DNA of 64,000 bases from Macrostomum lignano. Its lineage: Eukaryota. The first letter of the stretch is position 1, and the number at the start of each line of letters is the position of its first letter. The DNA is taken from the NCBI GenBank assembly GCA_002269645.1, contig NIVC01000386.1:310001-374000 (forward strand). Direction: 5' to 3'. Both the position numbers and the translations under genes were made by a program. Positions 33,209 to 46,160 of the stretch are shown in pieces. The notes below the pieces were generated by a model. It was not told where the DNA came from, ran no database searches, and saw only the letters and a program-made list of their open reading frames with translations.

Positions 33209-36200
33209 GCTGTGTTGAAACCACAGTATTGTTTATTCAGTTCAAGAATTACATGGGGGTGTCTTAGAGATGAGAATCTCTCATGCATGTTAATGAAATA
33301 TTAGTTATTGATTTTAAAATTATTTTACTCTTCTAAATGTAGCTTAGATAAACTAATAATATTTTAATAATTTCCCATCAAGAAATTAGTTCACTGTGTA
33401 GTAGGCAAGGCCTCCCACTGTTCCCTACTGAGTGTCTTTGCTCACCATGTGAAATGCTTTTACTTTAAGTATATTCATGTTATTTTCCTATGTGGAAATC
33501 ACTATTTTGCCCCTTAGTGTACTTAGGGTACCCACCCCCTATAATTTTTATTTTGCTATTAATTTAAAAAGGGTTACACCCAGTATTTAGTCCTTACCAC
33601 CTAATATACTTCTATTTTCTATTGTGTGAAACTCTTTCCACTTGGAGCAACCTTTTTTCTCTTAGTAGCTTATAACATTACTATTTAAGAGTCTAGGTGC
33701 CCTTTTTTCCCATTAGACTCTTGTGTGGAACCCATATAGACCTATTAAATGACCTCTTTCTAATATTCCTAACACAGGAGGACCTATGTATAATCCTAGT
33801 TTCTCCCTTGACCCAACCAACTCTGTTTTTAAATAATTAATCAATGTATATATTACAATAATTTGTTATTTAAATATAATCTTATTTTATTAATAATTAA
33901 ATTTTTATTTTACCTATCTAGATAAAAACAAAAAATGATAGTACAAAGCATATCAATATAGCTCACATCACAAATGGATGGTAGATAATAAGATAAAATG
34001 ACTTAATGACTAAAATCCATACAACCAATGGCAACCAATCAAAAGGGCGACAGATGAAAAGGGCAACAGTTAAAAGGGTGACAGTCAAAAGGGCGACAGT
34101 CAAAAGGGTGACAGGGTATTAGACCAAGAACTACTTAAGTGGAAGGACGGGAAACCTTGTTTCTTAGAAAACCTTAGAATCTTAGCAATAACAATTTTTG
34201 TGCTCTACATTTTTGTTACTCTACATTAAAAATGCTATAATAAATTTTAACTATATATATACGAGTATATACGAATGAATATACGACCCATATACGAACC
34301 ATATATATATATATAAATTTTTTATATATGCCCAAATTACAAAAATTTACCTAGCTATGCAACCTAATTTTTGACAAAAAATGTGATTTACTTATGAAAG
34401 AAGCCCTAAAACAAAAAATAATGTAATTTTGAATAAACAACAAAAGTAACTTTGACTATAACTATATTATTAATTTAAATGTCTCATCATCTAATTAGTT
34501 AATATAATGCCTATATTTTTAGGTTAGCATTTTTGAGACTTACCTTGGCTAGACCTCTTGCTAACTGGCCAAATCAGCTCAGGTTGGCTGGGTATTAGGC
34601 ATGTTGGGGCCTATGTATTTAATTGAAAATTGTCAGTGACTCAACTGTGACAAGATCTCACCCAACCTCTAAAAATATCAATACATATATTGGATAGGGA
34701 TTCTGAAGATTCCTGACCTAACTCACTTACTACCATAATTCTAAAACCCCTGGCTTGCAGCCAAGCCAAATTAAATTGTCTACAATACAATACCTCACAG
34801 TAAGTCGTGACCAAGTCTTGAAAAAGTCACAAAAAACGTCTGATGATGCATACATAAGCAAGAAGAATTGGGGGAAGTGTTTATTTATCAATTTATGTGG
34901 GTTTTTAATCCCATTCAATTAATAGGGCCTAGCTTAGGAGTCAAGATTTTGCGTTGTAGTACATAAGTACAAGAAGACGTAGCTGTAAAACTTGTAGACG
35001 TCATGCAGCTGAAGTTATAGAATTAGAGTATAAATAGGCCTAATACTAATAATAGGCTTGACTTGTTATGTATAAAAATAAAAAAATAAAAATTTATCAT
35101 TTATTCATCAATCATGCTTGCAAAAATGGTTATTATAAGCTGTTTAATTTATAAATAATTTTTATCAAAAAAAGTTTTCTGTCATATCTGCCTATCTATT
35201 AGCCTGATTGATCATCGATTTCCAAGAAAATTGTTTCTTCAATTCTAACAACTCTCAAACTCAAACGCGGTAATTAAAGTCTTTAGTACACTAAAGCAAA
35301 TGTTTTCATTTTGGCAATAACGATCTGCTTTTTATCAGCAAATATTTTTTTAATCTCAAACTAAAATATTAATTAGATTTTTTTTAGCCGACTGGTTTCT
35401 ATAAAGCACTTAGTTCTTAAAAATTGAACCAAATTATTAATTCTGTTTGTGGACGCGATCATTGAGCTCTTGACAATCCTTGGTATCAGTTGCAGGCGGA
35501 TTTGTGTAGTGTCTTGATCGGTAGATAAAGTGAAACTTTTTTATATTTACTGTAAATTTATTCAATGTATGTATAGTCACCAGGTCTATTAATGTAAAGC
35601 CAAATTACTATTTTTATAAGGGCCTAGTTAGTCATTGTTTGAATTGGAATAGAATATATTTCATTAATATTATGGTTAATATTAAGTTATTAGCTATGAT
35701 CAATGACAATAACAAGGACCATTAGAAGTTACCACTGACATCGGCCTATCATTATTCTATGCTTCAAAACTTATAAATATAATGTATGATGGCAGAAAGC
35801 TATTGTATTAGTAGTAGTAGTAGTAGTAGTGGTAGTAATAGTATAATTATGGCCAAAATGTTTTATCATAGACAAACTCACTGACTAAAAGCTAAAACCT
35901 ATCTAAGTAATGCTTTTTGAGAGTACCAGTCATTTCAATGACTAGTTGTTTTAGTGATAGATGTTTCAATGGCAAAAATCATTTTGGCATGATTTTGCCA
36001 TGCTTTTCTCTTTGACTTTGTGATAGACACACTTCACTTTTGATGGAAAATTAAATATTTCATAAGTATAATCATTTTAGTGATAAGAGGCACTTTATAA
36101 TATTAGTGTGTAATTATTTTGTGAAGATTTATATTTTATACATATATTTATAAATTTCTATCAAAATATTAATATATTTAAAAAAAGAAATCAAACTAAT

Positions 36201-36424
36201 TATATTGTTTTCTTTTGTGCAAATTGTTTTGAATTGTTCTAAATATTCAGAATATTCAAACATATACATATGCAACCCTGATTTATACTGATTATATGAC
36301 TTACTTTTTGACCAAAAATGTGATTTACCTATGAACGAAATGCTAATAAAAATTAATGCAATTTGGATAAATGGCAGAAATACTGCCTTATTAAGGCTAA
36401 ATACCCCATCATATAATTAGTACT

Positions 36425-39400
36425 ACTTAGGAGGTTCAACCCCTAGCTTTTTATAGGAAGTCACTGGAGACCTGGTTTAAGCAGCTAGAATCACAATTTA
36501 CCCTATTGGAATAAGTTGACAAAATGCGGACGACTGTCTGTCGCATTTTTGGATTCTCCTGCTGTCGCGTTGCGTGACAGTGGTGTCAAGTGGTGTGTCA
36601 CGTCGCGCGACACTGGAAACCTGGTGTCGTCATGCGTCGTGTCGCGTGACACGACACAACGAGACGCGTAAGTGTGGCAACTTGGCGGCTAGTGTCGTCA
36701 TGTGTTGCATTGCGGCCTAGATCTGCATCCAAAACCTCGCAAACTGTGTTTCATTGTAATATGTTCACAGTTGTTTCTCGGTATTTAAATGTTTCAAACA
36801 TGTTTGATAAAAACTAATTCTTGAATTGTTCTTTTTTATTTTGACTGTAAAATAACTAATACTTTAAATATAATTTCTAGAAAGGTTACTTGTTAGTTAC
36901 AATGCATGCGCTGTTTTTCTAACTGTTGTACCTTTGTTGTTTTACTGTTTATTGTTTTTAAATTTCATTTCTTTTTCCGCAAAATTGAAAGGAATACTCT
37001 TGTCCCTCGCTCCATGGTCTTGGTGTCGGGAGTGAACAGCAGAACAAGAATTGTCAATTGCAACGTGGCTGCTGTGGCGTCCTTCCCCCCCCCCCCCCCA
37101 GTCATTCGGTCAACAGACATCGGTGTTGCGTCGCGCATCGCTGCCCCCAGTCAACAAAATTTGGTGTCGCGTCGCACTTTTGAGGGTACAATTTTGGCAC
37201 CTGTGTTGCGCATCTGCAGGTTTTTGAAACTTATTCCAATAGGGACAATTCAGACTCGCCAACCTCACTAGCAGCTCCACCAAGTACCATTATGCCTTAG
37301 CAACCCTCCCAAAGGACATCACATGCTAACTCAACCTCAATGGCAACAACTACAATGCATTGAAGAAGGTGGTGGGCAATAGCCTGCACTTTGCGCACTA
37401 ATTGGCATCAGCTAATCAAGGAAGCCCTTTCTGCCATGGAACTTGGCCCTCGGAGACCAAGCCAACTTGTCAATGAGAAAATGCCAATTTACTGAGGTCA
37501 GCCTGAAGGTTGACGATGCCATAGTCAAGTCATGCCTCATCTCTGTGTTGCCGCCCCACATTTGCTCCGCACTCATTGGACATGAGCACAGCCTACTAGA
37601 TAATTTTCCAAGATTGTGGACAGCATGCTCGCTGTCTCTAGTCGACCCTCACTATTTGCTGACATCAATCAGTTGTCCACTGCTGCTAATGCAGAGCAGC
37701 AACTGGCCTGGCATCTCTCCTGGCGACCTGACCCTCCGGCTCACAATGCCCAGCCTCACAGATGGCAGTGACCACTTGTCTGTAATTCACATATCTACTA
37801 TGCTGGCAGAGCTCTAACTTGCCGACCCTGGTGCAAGTGGCCAGGTTTAAAGCCATCGAACATACTCCACCAAGGTCAGCCAATACCTGCCCAGTCTCGC
37901 ATGGCTTTGCCAACCCCAAATGAGTGAGTCATGTGCAGTGGCCGGGCCATGACAACGTACAGGCCCGCACACCTATCATTCCCACTCAAATACTAAGTTC
38001 CTCTGTTTTATTCCTTGTTGACACCAGTGCGGAAAAATCCTTACTGCCTCTGTGTTTCGTCCCATTTAACCTCATCACCCCCTGTAACGTTCAACTTTGT
38101 GGGGTCAGTGGACACAAGGCTGCACCCATGGGCAATGCAACGCTTCATTTTTGTTAAAAGGTTTACGCCGCACCTTTCAATTCAACTTCATCGTCGCAGA
38201 CACAGCCCCCATTCTCGGATTGGATTTTTTATTTCATTATGGACTGTCCATCAACATGGGAGCCAAGTGCCTTCGAGATCCCCTGACTTCGCTGGTTGCG
38301 CCGCTCAATTTCGATGCCAAGCAAGAGTTTCGACCACTGTCAATCCACATTGTATCAGACGTTGACGGTAGTGCAATTTTCGGCAAATATCCTGGGCTGA
38401 CCGAGCTCTGGATTACTCAATCCTGCCAACTACTCCGGTGCAGCATCGCATCATCACGTCAGGCGAACCAGTCTACTGCAAGCCGCGCCCTCTCTCGCCT
38501 GCAAAGTTCGATGTGGCCAAGGCAGAATTTGACAAGCTCCTTCAGATGGGCATTGTCCGCCCGTCCTGCAGCCCTTGTGCGTCACCACTCCATATGGTCA
38601 AGAAGGCTGACGGATCATGGAGACTCTGTGGGGACTACCGCGCTTTGAACAGCATGACGGTGCCCGATAGGTGCCCGATAAAACCCACTCCGCATATCCG
38701 GCATTTTCACCACCAACTTCGTGGCAGCAGCGTGTTCAGCAAATTGGACTTGGTCAAGGCCTACCATTTCATACCAGTTGCCGAGGAGGATATTTCCAAA
38801 ACAGCAATCTGCACGCCATTCGGCTCTTTTGAATACGTCCGGATGCCATTCGGGTTGCGCAACGCCGGCAGCACATTTCAACGCTTCATCGATTCGCTGT
38901 TTCGAAACCTGTCCTGTGGCATCACATACGTTGACGATATACTGATTCAAAGCAAGTCAGAGGCAGACCATCACAACGACATTCAGATCGTGCTGCAACG
39001 CCTACATAAAGAGGGGCTCCGAGTTCAACCCGCAAAATGCCAGTTCTTTCAGAGTAGCATCGAATTTCTCGGTCATTTAGTCTCCAAAGACAGAGTCCAG
39101 CCACTACCATTCCGCGTGGAAGCGCTGCGACAGCTGTCACCTCCAGCAGACTTCAAGAGCCTTCAGCGCGTTCTCGGCATGTTCGGTTTCTACCTGTGCC
39201 ACATTCCGAAATACGCAAGCAATGTGCAACCGCTGCGATCGCTCACCGAAATCGATTATCATTGGCAATCTGAACATGACGCCGCCTTCCGAGAGCTCCA
39301 GGATAGCCTAGCGGCAGCGGTGACTCTCGCCTTCCCGACCCCAACTGGTTCATTCACCATCACGTCGGATGCCAGCTCGTTCACATTGGGCGCCAGTTTG

Positions 39401-41395
39401 CACCAGAATATAGACGGCGATTCGGTCCCCATTGCGTTCTATTCACGGAAACTCACCAAAGCGTAAACGGCATACAGTACAGCGCGTTCGACCGTGAACT
39501 TCTAGGCGTGTTCGCTGCCGTCAAAACATGGCGACACATCATTCACGGCCACCCCACGACCGTGTTTAGCGACCACAAGCCGTTAGTCGGTGCATTCAAC
39601 AGCAATAAGGAGCGCCTATCCGATCGGCAGCAGCGCCAGTTGGCCACCATCTCAGAATATGTGATCGACATCATTTACATCCCGGGAGCCAAGAACGTGG
39701 TCGCCGATACCTTAACTCGTGACACCGTCAAACCTGGCAAGCACACAGTGAACACTGTCCAATCAGAAGACGTGTACACATTGCATTTGCCCGCAGATCT
39801 CCCTGCGATCGCCAAGGCACAGCGAGAAGCAGGGCTCACGAGCGGTGACCGTTACCGCCCATTCGATGTCGGATTATTAGATTGTCCCCTGTACTGCGAA
39901 ACTTCGCAACCAAACCCGCGACCGCTCATACCAGAGCACATGCGCCGTCAGGTTGTGCTAGCACTGCACAACATCGCCCACCCAGGTGTGAAGGCCACGT
40001 AGCGTTTAGTCGCCCATCGTTTTTTCTGGCCATGCATGAAGTCAGACATACAGCGCTGGACGGCAGAATGCACACAATGTCAATCAGCAAAAATTGGTCG
40101 TCATGTTTGCCGTCCACTGCACCACCTGCCTGCACCTACACAGCGGTTCACAACGGTCTGCATGGATTTAGTCGGACCGCTCCCGGCGCCGGACCCAACC
40201 GAAACAGCTGTACCCCAGCCGCGATATTTACTAACCATCGTGGACTCGTACTCCCGCTGGGTCGAAGCAATCCCATTGCAATCGATCACCAGTACGGTTG
40301 TTGCACAAGCCTTCGTTGCCCACTGGGTTTGTCGATTTGGCCCACCGTTAACACTCATCACAGACCAAGGAGCTCAATTTCGCTCGGAATTAATGGCAAA
40401 CCTGGTGAAACTTCTCGGCGTCCATCACATCCGCACGGCCGCATATAATCCTAAGGCCAACGGCATGATCGAGCGAGTTCATCGCACACTGAAGGTGAGC
40501 CTCAGAGCTCGCGGCCGGTGCTGGCTTAACCAGCTGTCCATCGATTTATTCGGATTGCTCATTAACCCGGACGACCAGAGTCACTCGCCATTCTCAATCG
40601 TCACAGGAGAACAGCCGCTAGTTCCACCGGTTACAACTAATGACGTCGACCAGCGTCAGCTGTCGACTCAACTACACGACCTGTTTTTCCCGTACCGCCT
40701 GCCGCGGACCCGTCAGCAGCCTGTCCACATACCTCCGGAGCTGGAGTCCTGCGAGTTCATGTGGCTCCGAGTTGACAGTGTTAAGCAATACTCGAGGCGC
40801 CATATCAAGGACCCTACAAGGTGTTGCGACGCTCAGCAACCACCGTGACGCTCGTCATAAAAGGCAAGCCCCAGGCCGTTTCTATCGAGAGAGTGAAGCC
40901 GGCAGTGCTACCAGGAGACAGTCAGCGCCAGACCCGAGCAATGACGAAAGAGGCACGGCCGGATAAGCCAACGACTAATACCCCTGCGACGAAACATCGT
41001 CCCGCGAAGGAAGCCCAATGAGTTCGTTTTTCCGAGAAGCCAACAGTTCACGTTATTGATTATTGATCAACAATCCCTTATCGAACAATCAACTAACAAA
41101 CAGAAATTAAATTAACTTTACTGATCGCCAAACATCGTTTATAGTTGTTCGCTTTTCCATTGGGGGAAGTGTTTGTAGTGCCTTGTTTCCCACTGTCCTT
41201 GCGTAATAAAAGTACTTTTTGTTGAGTGCCCACAAGCTAGGTTGTCTATGACCCAAACTCCAACTTTCGGTTTCAGCCCCAAAGTAACTGTACTTTATTT
41301 TTATTAAATAGACGCGATCGCCCCCCAGCCGAGGTTTAACCTTCGCTCAACTTAATTAATCGTCTTCATCTTTTGGTAGCCAGCGCTACACTACC
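36425..41395 (+). mobile_element. Ty3/Gypsy LTR retrotransposon, defective; putative 3' LTR ~41170-41395, 5' LTR not found
   Basis: gag TWFKQLESQFRLAN; protease FLVDTSAE; [24 protein letters not shown]; RH SDASS; INT HNIAHPG, CMDLVGP, TDQGAQF, ANGMIER; GPY motif; PPT GGGGGAAG at 41162; stops at 39464 and 40000. Confidence 0.92.
36501..37244. mobile_element. 744-bp non-autonomous DNA transposon inserted in Gypsy gag
   Basis: 17-bp TIR CCCTATTGGAATAAGTT at both ends; 8-bp TSD ACAATTTA / ACAATTCA; removal restores gag ESQFRLAN. Confidence 0.9.
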
Positions 41396-42249
41396 TTTGT
41401 ATTCCCTTGGGTAGGAATTTTGCAACTTATCCCTGATTACCACAATTTATAGTGGCTGAATTGGCAAGGTTGGCTAGCAGCTGCGCATGTATGTTTTGAT
41501 GCAAACCATAAACCTATAGAGAACAGGAAATGCACGACCACAAGAAAAGCAGAGATATTCAATGGACATTGGATTTGGATCTGAAAACAATTTCAAAAGA
41601 TTGCAACTCTGTATTTGTAAATAAACAAAATTAAGTAAAGCAATACTTAACTATTTCAGAAAGTTATAAAATTTTAAGTTGAATGAAAATATCCCTTAAG
41701 ATTTGCAAGGTAATTTTCTATTTAAAAACAGAATGGCTATCACTAAAAAGGTATTTTTCTTGTTACCAAAATGACTTGCTTCACACCAAAAGGACTGTCA
41801 CCAAATGTCTTGTCACCAAAATGACTATAATGCATTTTTTGGGCAAAGTTATTAATGGATTAGCCTTCAAATTTTATAGTTTCTAATCCCAAATATTCAG
41901 TTAGTCTGACTTGAATTAGTTTTTTTAATTCTAAATCTAATTCTTTTAATATTATTATTTTCTTTTAGATCCTATTTAAAGGATAATAGAAAAAGGTTGA
42001 TCATTTTTTGAACAATATACATTATTTAAATCAGAAGATTTAGGTTCAATGCACATATATTTTAAAGCATTTTTATATCTGCATTTACTATGAAAAATAA
42101 ATGCTTCTATTGCTTTTAAAGATACATTCTAATAAGGTTTTATTATCTAGATCGATATCCAATTTTGCTCTCTTGACCCTAGGTTGATGTCCTTCAAAAC
42201 ATTTTTTTATTTTTTGATCTAGGTTGATACTCTTGTAATCCAGGTTAGG

Positions 42250-42535
42250 TTGATGCTTCTGACATCCACTTTGATGCTTCTGACACCCAGGTTGTTGCTT
42301 ACTGACACCCATGTTGTTGCTTTTGACATCCGGGTTGATGCTCCTGACATCCAGGTTGTTGCTACTGACATCCACTTTGATGCTTCTGACATCCACTTTG
42401 ATGCTTCTGACATCCACTTTGATGCTTTTGACATCTACTTTGATGCTTCTGACATCCACTTTGATGCTTTTGACATCCAGGTTGATGCTCCTGACATCCG
42501 GGTTTTTGCTTCTGACATCCAGGTTGATATTCCTG
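42250..42535. repeat. 21-bp array TGACATCCACTTTGATGCTTC upstream of the ZDHHC start
   Basis: Visible; artificially extends ORF 42250-43119. Confidence 0.92.
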
Positions 42536-42564
42536 ATATGCACCCTGACTGCCCGCAGCCAGCA

Positions 42565-44612
42565 ATGATGTCTGCACCAGCCAGCTCAGGTGCGGGTCAG
42601 CCAGCGCCTGAGACCGCCAATTCTGCTGAGCTCCCGCCACCGATTGGCTCACCAGCTTCACCCGCCGACACTGCGGTGTCCCTTGGCGACGACGAGCTCA
42701 GCGACGGAGAGCACCTGCTCGGTGGCGGCTCCGGTCAGCAGCAGCCGAAGATCATCGTACGGACTGCCACCAGCCGGAGTCGGCGAATGGCCGCAGGCGG
42801 CGCGCACGGCCTCGCCAGAGACGCCGGAGCAGCCAGCAGCGGCTGCGACTGCGGGCCCACCTGCCGCCTCATCGGCATCAGCCGCTTCCCACCGGCCGGC
42901 CTGTGGTTCGTCAAGGACGTCTGCGGCGTCTTCTGTGCCATGTTCACCTGGTTCCTCATCTTCTACGCGGAGTACGTTGTGCTGTTTATAGTGCTCATTC
43001 CGGCGCCCTCCTTCGCCTTCAAGTGGATCAACGGGGTGATCTTTCACGTGCTCATCCTTCTGGCATTCTCTTCGCACTGCAAAGCTATGCTAAGCGACCC
43101 AGTGAGTGTATTGCTCTGATTTGATTGGGTTTGGTTTAATTTTGTTCATCCTGTGTGACCGTCTGACCTAATTTCACCTTATCCCATCTTTTATATGACA
43201 TTTCGTGACCTTATTTGACCTCATTATGCATAACTTTAACGGAATTGGCTGGACTTCATCCTATCTGACCTTATTTGACCTCATCCTATTCTTGTTTAAC
43301 CTATTTTGATGTGATCTCATTGCTATCTGATCTACTGTTTTGTGACCTTATTTGACCTTATTTGAACCTCCCTCGCAACGCAGGGCGCGGTGCCCATCGG
43401 CAACGCAACCAAAGAAAACATCCTGCGCATGGGCTACCGCGACGGCAAGGACAGGGTGATCTACAAGTGCCCGAAGTGCTGCTGCATCAAGCCCGAGCGC
43501 TCCCACCACTGCAGCGTCTGTCGCAGGTGCATCCGCAAGATGGACCATCACTGCCCTTGGGTTAACAACTGCGTTGGCGAGACCAATCAGAAGTACTTTG
43601 TACTGTTTACGGTAATCGCGGCGCGTTGATCTGATATTTAATCGCCAAATACGGAAGCTTTATAATATTTATGCTACCATTTTTCCTTTGTTCCCAGCTG
43701 TACATCTGCATCGCCAGCTTCTTCGCCATCTACCTGACCGTGCACTACTTTGTGCTGTGCGTCGGCTCGGAATGGGAGTGTGAGTTAATTTATGCTACTG
43801 ATTGTACACCTAAACCTTTATATACTACTGACAAGCTTTGAGTAGCAATGGGAGGAAATTTTTCTATTTACGCTGATATCGTTCTAACGCTAAGAGTATT
43901 CTCTTCAGCCTGCGCCTCCGGCTTCTCCCCGCCTGCCACCACCATATTCCTGGTGTTCCTGCTGGTTGAAGGCGTCCTGTTTGGCCTCTTCACCGCCATC
44001 ATGTGCGGCGAGCAGCTGCACGGCATCATCAACGACCAGACGGTATGCGGGATTTTAGGGATTTATGATTTGAGGATTCTGAGTTCATGCTATTGGGATG
44101 TGAGCTCATGCTGTATTGGGATGTGAGCTCATGCTGTATTGGGATGTGAGCTCATGCTGTATTGGGATGTGAGCTCATGCTGTATTGGGATGTGAGCTCA
44201 TGTATTTGGATGTGAGCTCATGCTGTATTGGGAAATGAGCTCATGCTGTATTGGGATGTGAGCTCATGCTGTATTGGGGTGTGAGCTCATGCTGTATTGG
44301 GATGTGAGCTCATGTATTTGGATGTGAGCTCATGCTGTATTGGGAAATGAGCTCATGCTGTATTGGGATGTGAGCTCATTTTTGGGATCTGAGCTCAGCT
44401 GTATTGAATCCACCGTGACCTGACCTGACCCCGGCGGGCGCCCGCAGGGCATCGAGAACCTGAAGCGGGAGCGGCACAGCTGGGAGAAGAAGTCCCGCCT
44501 GGTGTCCATGGAGGCGGTGTTCGGGCACCCGTTCTCCTGGCGCTGGCTCAGCCCTTTCAGCTCGCCTAACCTGAGCAATGGCAAGCACCAGCCCTACATG
44601 TACTCAGTGTGA
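42565..44612 (+). CDS. ZDHHC3: DHHC palmitoyltransferase, ZDHHC3/7-like; exons 42565-43101, 43384-43611, 43698-43779, 43909-44042, 44448-44612
   Basis: [11 protein letters not shown]; AMLSDP|GAVP; [43 protein letters not shown]; DQT|GIE; C-terminal PYMYSV; phases consistent. The start codon is inferred, and ZDHHC3 versus ZDHHC7 cannot be resolved. Confidence 0.93.
44095..44400. repeat. 23-bp array TGTGAGCTCATGCTGTATTGGGA, ZDHHC intron 4
   Basis: Visible tandem array. Confidence 0.95.
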
Positions 44613-44994
44613 TGAAGGGGGACCATCCTCCCGAGGTTCCTCACTGTGTACACATGCTGAAAAATGTTGTTAAACTTGCAAAACTATTATATAACTGTTG
44701 GGCTCAGCCGATCGCTGTGTCTTGGTCTGTGGTCTTTGTGTACTCGAACACTGTCAGATTAAAAATTATATAATACTTACTCTTCATCAGCTCCCAGTTT
44801 CTGTTTTATACTGCGCTGAGATTCACAGAATTGCTCGTAAATGCTAGGCTGCTTTGTTTTAGACTTATGTTCGCTCCTGTGTGTTGCCACCCACTCAGCA
44901 CTCTTATCTATTATTATTAACATTATTACTATTATGTTCTTTAGTGCAGTCTCCAATATTTTATCTCGCTTTCAATGATGAGGTCTCATCTATG

Positions 44995-45420
44995 TGGAGC
45001 TGACCCCATCCACTCAGACCTGACCCTATCCACTCAGAGCTGACCCTATCCACTCAGACCTGACCCTATCCACTCAAACCTGACCCCATCCACTCAGAGC
45101 TGACCCCATCCACTCAGACCTGACCCCATCCACTCAGACCTGACCCCATCCACTCAGAGCTGACCCCATCCACTCAGAGCTGACCCCATCCACTCAGAGC
45201 TGACCCCATCCACTCAGAGCTGACCCCATCCACTCAGATCTGACCCCATCCACTCAGATCTGACCCCATCCACTCAGATCTGACCCCATCCACTCAGAGC
45301 TGACCCCATCCACTCAGATCTGACCCCATCCACTCAGAGCTGACCCCATCCACTCAGATCTGACCCCATCCACTCAGATCTGACCCCATCCACTCAGAGC
45401 TGACCCCATCCACTCAGACT
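44995..45420. repeat. 20-bp array TGACCCCATCCACTCAGA(G/T/C)C
   Basis: ~21 tandem copies. Confidence 0.97.
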
Positions 45421-45884
45421 TTACTCCATCCAATCTCAGTCTCGCACTCAAGAGTTGTCGAGTTAAAAAAATTAATTTATTCACTGAAGGCGCATCAGAG
45501 CTCTGCTATGTTGAAAATTTGGATTCCTCAATCAACCTGTACGCGGTTATCGCTGAGACGCGCATACATCAGTAATGCATGTCTCTTATCTCTTAAACCT
45601 GAATTTCTGATTACTGCCATCCAAGCTCGTGAGTTTCAAATTTGAACTTTTTGTAATTCCCTCTTGTTCGATGTAGACAAAATTCTGCGCTAAAACTTGT
45701 AGATTTATTAATAATTGTTATTCGTGTACAGAGCGGCATAAGCTGAGCTTTGATCAATCCTCTGTTTTTTTAGCTTTCTTGGTCTTTTTTAAATGCAGAG
45801 CCTCACTTGTGACGCATTGACTGTACTGGCGCTGGTGGCTTCGCTCTGATTTTTTTGTTTAACTACTCACTGGGCCCGTAGCTA

Positions 45885-46060
45885 CTCGGGAGTCACTCTA
45901 TACCCACTCATGAGTCACTCTATACCCACTCAGGAGTCACTCTATACCCACTCAGGAGTCACTCTATACCCACTCATGAGTCACTCTATACCCACTCATG
46001 AGTCACTCTATACCCACTCAGGAATCACTCTATACCCACTCAGGAATCACTCTATATCAC
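45885..46060. repeat. 22-bp array GAGTCACTCTATACCCACTCA(G/T)
   Basis: ~7 tandem copies upstream of KDM4. Confidence 0.92.
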
Positions 46061-46160
46061 TCCACCCCACACCCAACAATGAGCCACCCCACACCTAACA
46101 AGGAACCGCCCACTTCCCCGCAGCAGCTCGGCCCCAAGCCTGGCAGCTGCCCCCTCCGCC

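Noticed and set aside
33390-33430. 5' LTR of the second Gypsy element
   Set aside because: Only a few bases (TGTAGT...TCCCACTGT) resemble the 3' LTR, with no extended alignment or primer-binding site.
42250-42564. N-terminal extension of ZDHHC from ORF 42250-43119
   Set aside because: Derived from a 21-bp minisatellite; an acceptor-like site and ATG at 42565 give a more plausible start.
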